DNA of 57,884 nt from an uncultured Thermococci archaeon (GCA_964615185.1 CAZTOS010000001.1:26479-84362); one strand, 5' to 3'. Positions 18,933 to 29,254 are shown, counted from the first letter of the stretch. The notes: generated from the letters alone by a model not told the origin. Program-made: numbers and translations.

Positions 18933-19091
18933 ATGGCAAGATTTCCAGAAGCCGAAGCAAGAATATTTAAAAAGTACATATGCATGAGATGTGGGGCAAC
19001 TAACCCATGGAAAGCTGATAAGTGCAGAAAATGTGGATATAAAGGACTAAGGCCAAAAGCCAGAGAGCCAAGGGGAGGAGTTGGACGTTAG
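18933..19091 (+). CDS. rpl40e: 50S ribosomal protein L40e
   Basis: [35 protein letters not shown] zinc ribbon. Confidence 0.96.
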   Translation: MARFPEAEARIFKKYICMRCGATNPWKADKCRKCGYKGLRPKAREPRGGVGR

Positions 19092-19414
19092 CTTTTAAGC
19101 TTTTCCAAAGTATCCTCTATAAACTTTATCCCTTCTTCTAAGAGTTTTCTACCTTTTTCTGTGAGTTCATAATACTTTCTTGAGGGCTTTCCAGTTTCGC
19201 TCTCTTGCCATCTCGAGGTAACATATCCCTCCTTTTCGAGTTTATACAAAACTACATACGAGCTTACTGTAGCTGGTTCAAAACCAAACTTCTCCCTTAT
19301 TTTGCTTTTTAGCTCATAAGCATACATAGGTCTCTCTTTTAGGAGGCTTAGAATGTATAGCCACAGGACTTCTTTTGTTAATTTCTCTCTTAACCTTTCC
19401 ATTGGTGCAGTCAT
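19088..19414 (-). CDS. PadR-family transcriptional regulator
   Basis: [16 protein letters not shown]...[13 protein letters not shown]...[11 protein letters not shown]. Confidence 0.9.
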   Translation of the reverse strand: MTAPMERLREKLTKEVLWLYILSLLKERPMYAYELKSKIREKFGFEPATVSSYVVLYKLEKEGYVTSRWQESETGKPSRKYYELTEKGRKLLEEGIKFIEDTLEKLKS

Positions 19415-19429
19415 AAGTATCACCCGCAA

Positions 19430-19447
19430 TGATATACAAGTATATCA
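19430..19447. promoter_or_regulatory. Perfect palindrome, putative PadR operator
   Basis: TGATATAC-AA-GTATATCA just upstream of the padR RBS. Confidence 0.65.
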
Positions 19448-19570
19448 AATCAAAGCTTTCATCAGTTATAAATATTTTTCTTTTACATTCTTTAAACATT
19501 TCGTATTTATAAAACAGCTAACGTAAAAGTATTTAACCTTCAACTGTATAGAATCTATAGGTGGATTAGA

Positions 19571-19888
19571 ATGGACGTAAATCTTATGAACAATATAAAT
19601 CTTAATGGAATAGTTGGAGATATGGGAGTTGGAGGAGTTGTCGGCTTCATAACCGGCTATGCCCTGAAGAAGTTCATTAAGCTTTTATTAGCATTAATTG
19701 GAGCATATGTGCTCAGCCTATTCTGGCTCCAGCAAAAGGGGATACTAACAATAAACACAAATGCACTCTTCAATCTTACAGAAAGCACAGCAACTAAAAC
19801 ACTGAGTATGGCAGATAAAGTCATGAGTGTTCTTCCGGGAGGAGGGGCATTTGTAGTTGGGTTTTATTTAGGATTCCACAAAGGTTAA
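19571..19888 (+). CDS. FUN14-family membrane protein
   Basis: GVGGVVGFITGYALKKFIKL...GGAFVVGFYLGF pattern. Confidence 0.82.
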   Translation: MDVNLMNNINLNGIVGDMGVGGVVGFITGYALKKFIKLLLALIGAYVLSLFWLQQKGILTINTNALFNLTESTATKTLSMADKVMSVLPGGGAFVVGFYLGFHKG

Positions 19889-19912
19889 ATTCTCTATCTC
19901 AAATTTTTCATT

Positions 19913-21226
19913 ATGAGTTACGAAAGGAGGATTCTGGTAAGGCATTCAATTGCAAGCATAATAGCCCTTGCTTTATTTGGGATTAGCAGATTTCTTTACA
20001 GCATTATTATTTCAAGAAAATTTGGGGTGGAAGTTTTAGGCTCTGCAAATTCTTTGATTTCCCAAGCATTTCTCGTAGCAATGCCACTGAGCTTTTTTGC
20101 TGTAGCATTGGGCAAGTACTCATCAGAGTTCCTCGCAAAGGAAGATTTCGAAAAAATAAAATCAATGACATCGATTTCATTCTCATTTCCACTAATTGGA
20201 ATTTTGCTTGCTCCACTAAACATATATCTTGCCATTCTTTCAGTCCTTAGGGCTATTCAGCTCACATTTAGAAATTTCATCTACGGAATTCATAAAGGAG
20301 AGGTCTATGCGTATGCAATGCTCATCAGCTTTGTGCCTTTCATTATTAGCTTTTACTCCAAAAATCCCTATCTGCCGTATATAGCACTGCTGTTCACAAT
20401 ATCATTTTTTGCCTTCGTGTATCTCTTCAAAAAGGGTTTACTGGGAAAACCCAGAAAAGACGAGCTTTACCTTTTACTCCGCTATTCATCTTTTGCATTT
20501 CTCGGAACTCTATCTGGAGTATTTTTGGTTCAGGGGCCTTACTTTTTAAGCGAAAAGCTTGGGAATGCATTAATCGCTGGAAGGGTTTCAGCGTCTCTGT
20601 CAGCGGCATTTTTACTGACTTATTTGCCTCAAGTGCTCCAATCCGCAATTATGCCCCTCTACTCATATAAATATGGGAAAGAAGAATTAAATTATGTAAA
20701 GCTGCTTGCAGAAAAGACTACAGAATTGCTATCAATTTTCACAGCTTTTGTCGTTTTTGCTCTCTTGCTTGTCGGAAAAGAGGTAATTTCACTTCTTTTT
20801 GGTTTTAATCTTGGAAATGAATTCTATATCGCACTGCTCGCAGTTGAGGTTTACATAGCCTATAATCCCAGCATCGTTGCTTTAAACTCCACAAAATACG
20901 TGAAAGAAGGTAGTTTTATTGCAATTGTAGGGGCCTTAGTAGCGTTAATTACATGGATACCACTTATCACAAGACTTAATGAATATGGAACAATGCTGGG
21001 ATTGTTACTCGGATACTTGGCAATATTGTGTGGAACAGCGTATCTCAGCCATAAAAAGCTAAAGATCTCGCCTAAATCATATAAACCACTATTGTTTGCA
21101 ATTCCACTTCAGTTATTAGTCTTTATCTCAAAAGTTATGTTATTCGCTGGAATCTTGTTCTATACACTACTTCTGGCAAAAGAGATAAAAGAAAGTATCA
21201 AAGCTTTCCGTGATAAAGGACTCTAA
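19913..21226 (+). CDS. Polysaccharide flippase / MOP-superfamily membrane protein
   Basis: About 12-14 hydrophobic segments; IISRKFGVEVLG; LQSAIMPLYS. Confidence 0.72.
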   Translation: MSYERRILVRHSIASIIALALFGISRFLYSIIISRKFGVEVLGSANSLISQAFLVAMPLSFFAVALGKYSSEFLAKEDFEKIKSMTSISFSFPLIGILLAPLNIYLAILSVLRAIQLTFRNFIYGIHKGEVYAYAMLISFVPFIISFYSKNPYLPYIALLFTISFFAFVYLFKKGLLGKPRKDELYLLLRYSSFAFLGTLSGVFLVQGPYFLSEKLGNALIAGRVSASLSAAFLLTYLPQVLQSAIMPLYSYKYGKEELNYVKLLAEKTTELLSIFTAFVVFALLLVGKEVISLLFGFNLGNEFYIALLAVEVYIAYNPSIVALNSTKYVKEGSFIAIVGALVALITWIPLITRLNEYGTMLGLLLGYLAILCGTAYLSHKKLKISPKSYKPLLFAIPLQLLVFISKVMLFAGILFYTLLLAKEIKESIKAFRDKGL

Positions 21227-21953
21227 TCAGCCCTTCTGGGAGACCCTCCTTCTTTATCTTATCCTCGATTATCTTTTTATCATAGTCAACATCAATGAAT
21301 TTCACATGAAGTGTATCAACGTCAATAAGGGCAAATGTTGCTTTGTGTTCTTTTCCTGGTGGGAAGCCTGTGCTTCCTGGACAGACTACCCTCCCGTATC
21401 TTGTCATGGCATTCACCGGCATCTTTGGAGAAGCCACTAAGAGAATCTCGTAATCTTTCACTGGTCTCATTATTGCCTCGTAGTATGAAGTTGGTTGCTC
21501 TGGAAGAACTATACCTCCAAATGGGTTCAATGGACTTCCATAAACGCCAAATATGCCATTGTCTCCAATTTTGTCAACAAGGTATACTGGTAAATCCCTT
21601 ATGAATTCCCTACCCTCATGTCCGAGCTTTTCCCATGTGTATTTTAAAGCTGCTTTAACATGCTTTGGAAGGCTAATTTTATCAATGTAGTCCGGACCTT
21701 CAGCGTGAGGATCACTCATAGCAATTATCTGATCAAATTCACCACGAATTATCTTAACTTTGTTATTCTTAATCAAATCATCGAGAGTATCCAGAATTTC
21801 CTTTGGATAGGGGAATAAGCCTACAATGTTTCCAAGAATATAATATTTTTCAATGCCATATCCATTTTCTTTGAGTTCTTCAACTTTTCCCAATGCCTTA
21901 ACTAAAGCTGGGAAATTTCCGTTTATGTTTGCTAATACCGCCACGTATCTCAT
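21198..21953 (-). CDS. Calcineurin-like metallophosphoesterase-fold protein with degenerate metal-binding motifs
   Basis: LANINGN, LGNIVG, RGEFD, VYGS, CPGSTG align with DxHGN, GDxVG, GNHD, HGS, NPGSVG. Confidence 0.8.
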   Translation of the reverse strand: MRYVAVLANINGNFPALVKALGKVEELKENGYGIEKYYILGNIVGLFPYPKEILDTLDDLIKNNKVKIIRGEFDQIIAMSDPHAEGPDYIDKISLPKHVKAALKYTWEKLGHEGREFIRDLPVYLVDKIGDNGIFGVYGSPLNPFGGIVLPEQPTSYYEAIMRPVKDYEILLVASPKMPVNAMTRYGRVVCPGSTGFPPGKEHKATFALIDVDTLHVKFIDVDYDKKIIEDKIKKEGLPEGLIRVLYHGKL

Positions 21954-22237
21954 CCCTCTCACCTCCACTTTTTCTAACATAATATTACTAAAGTCTTCTA
22001 TTTAAATATTTCGAATAAAGTTGAGGGAGATATTGGAAAAGGAAAAATACACGAATTTAAGTCCTAAATAGACTAAAAAGGCTTCCTCCTTTTCTTCCTT
22101 TAACCCTTTAATAACTCAAAGAAAAATCTACCCTTTTATTGACACAGTAATTTTGGTCTCTAAGAATTAAAATGGGGATACCATATAGAGTAAGTCTCAA
22201 GTGAGGGGGGCTTAAAGTTTTACTCTAAGGGTGTTTA

Positions 22238-22387
22238 TACTTAAAGTAAACAATATACCGTGACTATAGTTGTACTGGAAGTTTTGAATTAAAAACGGCA
22301 ATTAGCATCCTGTTTAGGCTTAATAAAGTATTATAATTATCGAAAAATCTGGTGTTTTCATCCGTAAAATATATATACTTTTAGTTA
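22238..22387 (+). promoter_or_regulatory. Putative TrmB operator sites upstream of the treT-containing ABC operon
   Basis: TACT-TAA-AGTA at 22238-22248 and ATACT-TTT-AGTTA at 22375-22387 (next to the TATA), matching the TACT-N3-AGTA TrmB consensus. Confidence 0.55.
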
Positions 22388-22413
22388 TACAGAAAGGAAG
22401 GAGGTGTCTCTGT

Positions 22414-23721
22414 ATGGATGTCAAGAAGGCACTGCTTAGTTTGTTTTTAGTTGGAGTTTTGGGTATTGCAGTAGTGGCAAGTGGATGCATTGGAGGCCAA
22501 CAGACCGCTACTCCGACAACGGTTACACAAAAAGAAACAATCACTCAAACAGAAACACAAAAAGAGACCGTTACAAAAACAAAGCCAGTAGAGCAGATTA
22601 CTTTAAAAGTAATAGGCCCATGGTCTGGGGCAGAGCTTGATGCTTTTATGGAAGTTATCAAGGCCTTTGAGGCTCAACATCCAAACATAAAGGTGGAATA
22701 CAAAACATACAGGGCTGAAGACCTTTCGACGATTCTACCTCTCCAGTTTGAGTCGGGAGATGCTCCAGCCGATGTCATAGCAATGTGGGGCTGGTTCATT
22801 GCAAAAATGGGCAAAAAAGGCCATTTAATGGAATTCAATGGAGTAATAAACCCTGACGAGTACGTTCCTGGGATTCTGGACACAGTTACCGTGGATGGAA
22901 AGATTTATGGTGTTCCATTTACAGCAGCAGCCAAGCCTGGATTCTGGTACAGGAAGTCGTTCTTCAAGAAGCACGGGTTAAAGCCGCCCGAAACTTGGGA
23001 TGAGTTCGTGGCGTTGCTCGATCAGATTAAGCAAATACCGGGAGTTAAAGCTCCAATCGTTAGCGGCGATAGCGTGGGATGGCCACTTTCTGATGTAACT
23101 GAACACTTCATCATGACCTTTGGAGGAAAAGACCTCCAGCTCAAGCTTATAAAGGGTGAAGTCAAGTGGGAAGATCCACAGGTAAGGAGCATCTTCGAGC
23201 AGAGACTTGTGCCCCTTCTAAAAGCTGGCTACTTCAGCGATCCAATAGAATGGACATCTGCGGTGGATCTATGGTGGAAGGGAGACTATGCATTGTACTT
23301 CATGGGTACCTGGATAACCGGAATGGTTGACGATCCCACAGATCTTGGCTTAATTTCACTGCCTGGAGTCAAAGCAATGGTTCTTGCTCCAGACTACTTC
23401 ATGGTGCCCAAGTACACCGAACACCCCAAGGAAGCCATGGAGCTTGCCAAATTCTTGGCAACGGAAGGACAAAGGATTCACGTGGGTACCAAGTCAGGAA
23501 AGTTAGCAACATGGAAGAAGGTATCAATTGACGACTACTGGGAGCCCATGAAGGATGTTGCAAAAGTTGTAGCCAATGTAGAATCAGCACCAGATCTCGA
23601 TGACAGCGTTGGAGGAGAATGGCAGAAGGCCTTCTGGGATCAGTTAAAGCTCTTGTGGGTACAGCCAGACAGGCTCGATGAAGTTCTGAAGACGTTGGAT
23701 GAAAAGTTTCCAAAGAAGTGA
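22414..23721 (+). CDS. Sugar (alpha-glucoside/trehalose) ABC substrate-binding lipoprotein
   Basis: Lipobox VASGC, Thr-rich linker, GPWSGAE, GKIYGVP, PPETWDEF, GWPLSD. Confidence 0.92.
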   Translation: MDVKKALLSLFLVGVLGIAVVASGCIGGQQTATPTTVTQKETITQTETQKETVTKTKPVEQITLKVIGPWSGAELDAFMEVIKAFEAQHPNIKVEYKTYRAEDLSTILPLQFESGDAPADVIAMWGWFIAKMGKKGHLMEFNGVINPDEYVPGILDTVTVDGKIYGVPFTAAAKPGFWYRKSFFKKHGLKPPETWDEFVALLDQIKQIPGVKAPIVSGDSVGWPLSDVTEHFIMTFGGKDLQLKLIKGEVKWEDPQVRSIFEQRLVPLLKAGYFSDPIEWTSAVDLWWKGDYALYFMGTWITGMVDDPTDLGLISLPGVKAMVLAPDYFMVPKYTEHPKEAMELAKFLATEGQRIHVGTKSGKLATWKKVSIDDYWEPMKDVAKVVANVESAPDLDDSVGGEWQKAFWDQLKLLWVQPDRLDEVLKTLDEKFPKK

Positions 23722-23733
23722 AGGAGGGTCTTA

Positions 23734-24615
23734 ATGAGGAGGCCTAAATCTTTAACTCCCCTTTTTTTCCTTTTACCGGCGCTTGTCTTAATGGTTCCCT
23801 TTGTAATATACCCCGTGTTCAAAACAATATACCTGAGCTTCTTCCTTGATGGAAAGTTTGTAGGTTTGGAAAATTACAAGAATGTTTTGTTAAGCTCTGA
23901 TATGATAAACCTCGACAGATTCCCTACTAAATCTCCCCCATGGGGAGCTTTAATTCATAACATAGTGTGGATAGCCATTCATCTTCCCACTACCGTGTTT
24001 TTGGGCTTAGGAATTGCCCTTCTTTTAAGACGGGAGGAGGTGAAGGGGAGTTCTATAATCAAGTCTATAATCTTTTTGGGTATGGTAATCCCGATGATCG
24101 TTGGAGGTTTGATAATTCGCTTTCTTTTTGAAGAAGGAGCAGGGGTAATACCTGCAATTTTTAGGTTGCTTGGCGTTGAGAGGCTCGCGATTACTTGGAC
24201 AGCCTATCCCGAAACTGCACTCTTTGCTGCAATTTTGGGATCAATATGGATATGGACTGGTTTTAGTATGCTCATGTATTCAGCAGGCTTGGCTTCTATA
24301 CCCAAGGACTATTACGAAGCCGCCTTGATAGATGGTGCCAACAAGTTTCAGATTTTCAAAAACGTAACTTGGCCTCTCTTGAAACCAATTACCATTGTGG
24401 TAGTGGCAATGACCCTGCTCTGGGATCTCAAAATCTTCGATGTTGTATATGTGGCTACAGGCGGCGGTCCAGGAGGGGCTTCAATGGTTCTTGCACTTCA
24501 AATGTGGGACTACTTTGCAAGAGCCCTCAACTACAACTACGCTGCTGTAGTAGCCGTGCTTTTGACTGCATTGACCATTATTCCCGCCATGTGGTTGATT
24601 AGGAGGAGGGAGTGA
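23734..24615 (+). CDS. Sugar ABC permease (MalF-type)
   Basis: FVGLENY, YYEAALIDGA, VTWPLLKP. Confidence 0.93.
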   Translation: MRRPKSLTPLFFLLPALVLMVPFVIYPVFKTIYLSFFLDGKFVGLENYKNVLLSSDMINLDRFPTKSPPWGALIHNIVWIAIHLPTTVFLGLGIALLLRREEVKGSSIIKSIIFLGMVIPMIVGGLIIRFLFEEGAGVIPAIFRLLGVERLAITWTAYPETALFAAILGSIWIWTGFSMLMYSAGLASIPKDYYEAALIDGANKFQIFKNVTWPLLKPITIVVVAMTLLWDLKIFDVVYVATGGGPGGASMVLALQMWDYFARALNYNYAAVVAVLLTALTIIPAMWLIRRRE

Positions 24616-24617
24616 TA

Positions 24618-25463
24618 ATGGCTATACCAAGGTATAAACTTAGAAAGTACATCATTTCAAACACGCTTGCATGGATTATAGGAATAATATGGCTGATACC
24701 TTTTATAGGAGTCCTAATGGCTTCAATAAGACCGTATAAAGAAATCGTAAGTGGATGGTGGCACTTTCATCCCTTTACAATAACTTTGAAAAACTACATA
24801 AATGCCTTCAATCATCCCATGTTCCCCATAAGTCAGGGATTAAAGAACTCCTTAATAATTGCAGTCCCCTCCACAATTATTCCTTTGATAGTCGCCGCAT
24901 TAGCTGCCTATGCCTTTGCCAGATACAGCTTCCCAATAAGGCACTATCTCTTTGCGTTTATAGTATTCCTAATGGCTCTCCCACAGCAGATGACCGTTGT
25001 TCCCCTGTATTTTCTTTTGAGAAATCTTCACCTCCTAAACACATTCAGAGGGCTCATTTTGGTTCACTCCGCGTGGGGTCTGGCATGGATAATCTTCTTC
25101 ATGAGGAACTATTTCTCAATGCTCCCAACGGACGTTGAGGAGGCTGCAAAAATAGATGGGGCAACTGATTTCCAGATATTCTATAAGATCGTCTTACCAA
25201 TGGCGTTACCGGGGTTAATCTCAGCTGCAATACTTCAGTTCACCTGGGTGTGGAGTGACTTCTTCTTAGCATTGGTATTTCTGCAAAATCCAGAGAAATA
25301 TGTTGCTACCCAAAGACTTCCTCTGCTTAGGGGGCAATATTTTGTTGATTGGGGCATACTAACTGCAGCTTCTATCATGGTCATGATAGTTCCTCTGCTT
25401 GTCTATGCCCTCTTCCAGAAGTACTACATAAGCGGTATGATAGGCTGGTCAACCGAGAAATAA
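24618..25463 (+). CDS. Sugar ABC permease (MalG-type)
   Basis: AAYAFAR, EEAAKIDGA, IVLPMALP. Confidence 0.93.
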   Translation: MAIPRYKLRKYIISNTLAWIIGIIWLIPFIGVLMASIRPYKEIVSGWWHFHPFTITLKNYINAFNHPMFPISQGLKNSLIIAVPSTIIPLIVAALAAYAFARYSFPIRHYLFAFIVFLMALPQQMTVVPLYFLLRNLHLLNTFRGLILVHSAWGLAWIIFFMRNYFSMLPTDVEEAAKIDGATDFQIFYKIVLPMALPGLISAAILQFTWVWSDFFLALVFLQNPEKYVATQRLPLLRGQYFVDWGILTAASIMVMIVPLLVYALFQKYYISGMIGWSTEK

Positions 25464-25477
25464 TGGGAGGAATGAAA

Positions 25478-26716
25478 ATGTATGAGGTAACGAAGTTTGG
25501 TGGGGAAGGTAAAAAGCTTGAAGACTACAGAAAAATAATAGGGGAAGAAGGCTTGGAAAGTATTAAAGAAAAAGCAGAGAATCTAAAAGGCAAAAGCTTT
25601 ATCCATGTAAACTCCACCTCCTTTGGCGGAGGCGTTGCCGAAATTTTGCACAACCTTGTCCCTCTGATGAGAGATGTTGGAATAGACGCAAGATGGTTTG
25701 TGATTGAGGGGACAAATGAATTTTTCAACGTTACAAAGAGCTTCCACAATGCTCTTCAGGGAAACAAGGAGCTTAGGTTAACTGAAGAAATGAAAGAACT
25801 GTATTTGGAGACAAACAAGAAGAATGCTGAGGACTTTGATTTGAGCTCGTTTGATTACGTCTTGATACACGATCCTCAACCGGCACCCCTTATAGAGTTT
25901 TATGAGAAAAAGCAGCCTTGGATTTGGAGATGCCACATTGACCTAAGCGATCCAAACTTGGAGTTCTGGAAGTTTCTGAGGCAGTTTGTCGAGAAGTATG
26001 ACGGGTATATTTTCCATATGGAGGAGTATGTCCAGAATGACCTTAATAAAAGCAAAGTGGTTATAATGCCCCCTTCCATTGACCCTCTTAGTGAAAAGAA
26101 CAGAGAACTGAGTGAGAGCGAAATTTTAAAAATCCTGGAAAGGTTTGATGTAGATCCAGAGAGACCAATAATAACTCAGGTGTCTCGTTTTGACCCATGG
26201 AAAGGGATTTTTGATGTCATAGACGTCTACAGAAAAGTCAAGGAGAGAATACCAGGGGTTCAACTCTTGTTAGTTGGTGTAATGGCCCATGATGACCCTG
26301 AAGGCTGGATATACTTCGAGAAAACCCTGAGAAAAATCGGAGAGGACTATGACGTTAAGGTGCTCACAAATCTCATAGGAGTTCATGCAAGAGAGGTAAA
26401 CGCCTTCCAAAGGGCAAGTGACGTAGTCCTTCAGATGTCCATTAAGGAGGGGTTTGGATTAACCGTTACCGAAGCAATGTGGAAAGAAAAGCCGGTGGTA
26501 GGGAGAGCCGTAGGAGGAATAAGACTTCAGATAGTAGACGGAAAAACAGGGTTCTTAGTGAAAGATGTTAGTGATGCCGTTGAGAAAACTCTCTATCTCC
26601 TTAAGCACAAACACATAGCGCAGAAAATGGGTAAAAACGCCAAAGAAAGGGTTAAAGAGAATTTCATAATAACAAAGCATCTTGAGAGGTACCTCGATTT
26701 GCTGAATTCTTTTTAA
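25478..26716 (+). CDS. treT: Trehalose glycosyltransferring synthase (GT4)
   Basis: HVNSTSFGGGVAE, HDPQP, WRCHIDLS, VSRFDPWKG, EGFGLTVTEAMWK. Confidence 0.93.
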   Translation: MYEVTKFGGEGKKLEDYRKIIGEEGLESIKEKAENLKGKSFIHVNSTSFGGGVAEILHNLVPLMRDVGIDARWFVIEGTNEFFNVTKSFHNALQGNKELRLTEEMKELYLETNKKNAEDFDLSSFDYVLIHDPQPAPLIEFYEKKQPWIWRCHIDLSDPNLEFWKFLRQFVEKYDGYIFHMEEYVQNDLNKSKVVIMPPSIDPLSEKNRELSESEILKILERFDVDPERPIITQVSRFDPWKGIFDVIDVYRKVKERIPGVQLLLVGVMAHDDPEGWIYFEKTLRKIGEDYDVKVLTNLIGVHAREVNAFQRASDVVLQMSIKEGFGLTVTEAMWKEKPVVGRAVGGIRLQIVDGKTGFLVKDVSDAVEKTLYLLKHKHIAQKMGKNAKERVKENFIITKHLERYLDLLNSF

Positions 26717-26749
26717 ACCCCTCTTCAATATATTTTTAGGTGGACAATA

Positions 26750-27772
26750 ATGGAGATTCCTCCAGAAATTTTACATGCCTTGAGTGAGATTGGATTTACA
26801 AAGTATGAAATTCTTACTTACTGGACTCTCTTAGTTTACGGCCCCAGCACCGCTAAGGAAATCTCTACAAAAAGCGGAATTCCATACAACAGGGTTTATG
26901 ATACAATATCATCCTTAAAACTTAGGGGGTTTGTAACTGAGATTGATGGAACACCGAAGGTATACGCTGCTTACTCGCCAAGGATAGCATTTTTCAGGTT
27001 CAAAAAAGAACTTGAGGACATAATGAACAAGCTCGAAATTGAGCTTAAGAATGTAAAAAAGGAAGAACAGAGACCTGCAATATGGAGAAGCAGAAGTTTT
27101 GACGAAGCCCTTGAGATGTTCAGGGAATCGCTGTATTCCGCTAAAAACGAAGTGATAGTAGTTACTCCAAGCGAATTTTTTGAAACGATAAAGGAAGACT
27201 TAATAAAAACCCTTCAGAGAGGTGTGACAGTGTCTCTTTACATCGACAAAATACCGGATCTATCAGAGTTTAGAGGGAAAGGGAATTTCTTTGTTAGGCA
27301 GTTCTACAGGCTGAACCACTTAATAGGCATGACCGATGGAAAGGAGATCGTTACAATTCAGAACGTAAGCTTTAGGCCATCTTCTCCACCCAGCTTTAAA
27401 GCAACGTATCCTGAGATAATATTCTCGCAATACAGTCTTATAATAGAGATATTCAAAGAGTCTTCTTTGGAGGTGGAGGACATAACAAATCCGCAGAACA
27501 TCAGATTTTTTGCCATGTTCCATGCAGCAGACTTTGTAAAGAGGCATATTAATAATGGGACGATCATAGCAGAGGTCGTTGGAAGGAACATCAAAACTGG
27601 TGAAATCGAGAAACTCCACGGTAATGTGGTGGGATACACCCTCTCATTTAAGGAAGCTGTTAACAATATTCATCTCGAAACGGAAAAAGGAGTTGTAAAG
27701 ATTGGAGGCATGTTTGCGGTTATTGAGGATTATGAAAGCACTGAAATAAAGTTTGTGATGGGGTGGTTTTAA
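26750..27772 (+). CDS. trmB: Sugar-specific transcriptional repressor TrmB
   Basis: [20 protein letters not shown]... and C-terminal [12 protein letters not shown]; lies between treT and malK. Confidence 0.93.
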   Translation: MEIPPEILHALSEIGFTKYEILTYWTLLVYGPSTAKEISTKSGIPYNRVYDTISSLKLRGFVTEIDGTPKVYAAYSPRIAFFRFKKELEDIMNKLEIELKNVKKEEQRPAIWRSRSFDEALEMFRESLYSAKNEVIVVTPSEFFETIKEDLIKTLQRGVTVSLYIDKIPDLSEFRGKGNFFVRQFYRLNHLIGMTDGKEIVTIQNVSFRPSSPPSFKATYPEIIFSQYSLIIEIFKESSLEVEDITNPQNIRFFAMFHAADFVKRHINNGTIIAEVVGRNIKTGEIEKLHGNVVGYTLSFKEAVNNIHLETEKGVVKIGGMFAVIEDYESTEIKFVMGWF

Positions 27773-28890
27773 TGGCAGAGGTTAGGTTGGTAAACGTGTG
27801 GAAAAAGTTTGAGGATGTTGTTGCGGTTAAGGACATGAATCTTCATGTAAAGAATGGGGAATTCATGATTCTCCTTGGACCCAGTGGTTGTGGAAAAACA
27901 ACGACACTCAGAATGATTGCTGGTCTGGAAGAGCCGACAAAGGGTCAAATTTACATTGGTGATAAACTTGTTGCCGACACTGAAAAAGACATCTTCATCC
28001 CACCAAAGGATAGGGATATTGCAATGGTTTTCCAGAGTTATGCTCTTTATCCACACATGACAGTTTATGATAATATCGCCTTCCCACTCAAACTCAGAAA
28101 AGTTCCAAAGCAAGAAATCGATAGAAGGGTAAGAGAAGTTGCGGAAATGCTCGGCTTAACTGAGTTGTTAAAGAGAAAACCAAGAGAACTCTCTGGTGGT
28201 CAGAGACAGAGAGTTGCCTTAGGAAGAGCCATCATCAGAAAACCACAAGTCTTCCTCATGGATGAACCACTAAGTAACTTAGACGCAAAACTTAGGGTAA
28301 AGATGAGGGCAGAGCTAAAGAAGTTACAAAGACAATTGGGCGTTACCACAATTTACGTTACCCACGATCAAGTTGAAGCAATGACAATGGGAGACAGAAT
28401 TGCCGTAATCAATGCTGGAGTTTTACAGCAAATTGGCTCGCCAGACGAAGTTTATGACAAACCGGCGAATATGTTTGTCGCTGGTTTTATCGGCAGCCCA
28501 CCAATGAATTTCTTAGATGGGACAATAACTGAGGATGGTTTTGTGGATTTTGGCGAGTTCAAGCTCAAGCTTTTGCCAGATCAAGTGGAAGTACTGAAGG
28601 AGAAGAATTTAATTGGCAGGGAAGTCGTTTTCGGCATTCGCCCAGAAGACGTTTATGACGCCATGTTCGCCCAAGTTAAAATCCCAGGAGAAAACATGGT
28701 TAAGGCTGTGGTAGATATAGTTGAAAACCTGGGTAGCGAAAGAATTGCTCACCTAAGAGTTGGAAACATAACTTTTGTTGGAGCTTTTAAAGCTGAATCA
28801 ATGATAAAAGAAGGCCAAGAAGTCGACGTCGTCTTCGACATGAAAAAAGCCCACATCTTTAACAAAAAAACTAAAAAAGCAATTTTCTAA
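27772..28890 (+). CDS. malK: Trehalose/maltose ABC ATPase MalK
   Basis: GPSGCGKTT, LSGGQRQR, DEPLSNLDAKLR, YDAMFAQVKIPGEN. Confidence 0.93.
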   Translation: MAEVRLVNVWKKFEDVVAVKDMNLHVKNGEFMILLGPSGCGKTTTLRMIAGLEEPTKGQIYIGDKLVADTEKDIFIPPKDRDIAMVFQSYALYPHMTVYDNIAFPLKLRKVPKQEIDRRVREVAEMLGLTELLKRKPRELSGGQRQRVALGRAIIRKPQVFLMDEPLSNLDAKLRVKMRAELKKLQRQLGVTTIYVTHDQVEAMTMGDRIAVINAGVLQQIGSPDEVYDKPANMFVAGFIGSPPMNFLDGTITEDGFVDFGEFKLKLLPDQVEVLKEKNLIGREVVFGIRPEDVYDAMFAQVKIPGENMVKAVVDIVENLGSERIAHLRVGNITFVGAFKAESMIKEGQEVDVVFDMKKAHIFNKKTKKAIF

Positions 28891-29176
28891 CTCTTCTCCT
28901 TTCCTTAAATTTTGAAAGTGATTCATACATAGTGAAGCACTGAACCTGCTCTCAACTCTAACTGATCCAAGAAAACTTTTCTATCAATTGTGAAGGGTAT
29001 TGATGGAGAAGCACCAAAACTTGATTAATGGGCTTAAGAAAGAGGGCTTTGAAGTCTTAGACGTTAACAAAAGCTCGAAAAATATGAAGCCTTTGAAAAA
29101 AGGTCAGAACTTTGGAATAGATGAGGGATTTAAAGCATCAAAGTTTGTAAACTCTAATGAAGTTTAATTTTTGTTT

Positions 29177-29254
29177 TGGCGGACCGGCGGGGATTCGAAC
29201 CCCGGACCTGCGGCTTAGGAGGCCGCCGCCCTGTCCTGGCTAGGCTACCGGTCC
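29177..29254 (-). tRNA. tRNA-Arg(CCT)
   Basis: GGACCGG acceptor, GCGGC-CTCCTAA-GCCGC anticodon arm, CCA. Confidence 0.96.

Noticed and set aside
7567..22413. Thermococcales glycolytic motif (TATCAC-N5-GTGATA) at the sugar-operon promoters
   Set aside because: No convincing match upstream of either ABC operon or the glucosidase gene.
25349..25477. Extended TreT N-terminus
   Set aside because: It overlaps malG in another frame; the GGGAGG RBS supports a start at 25478.
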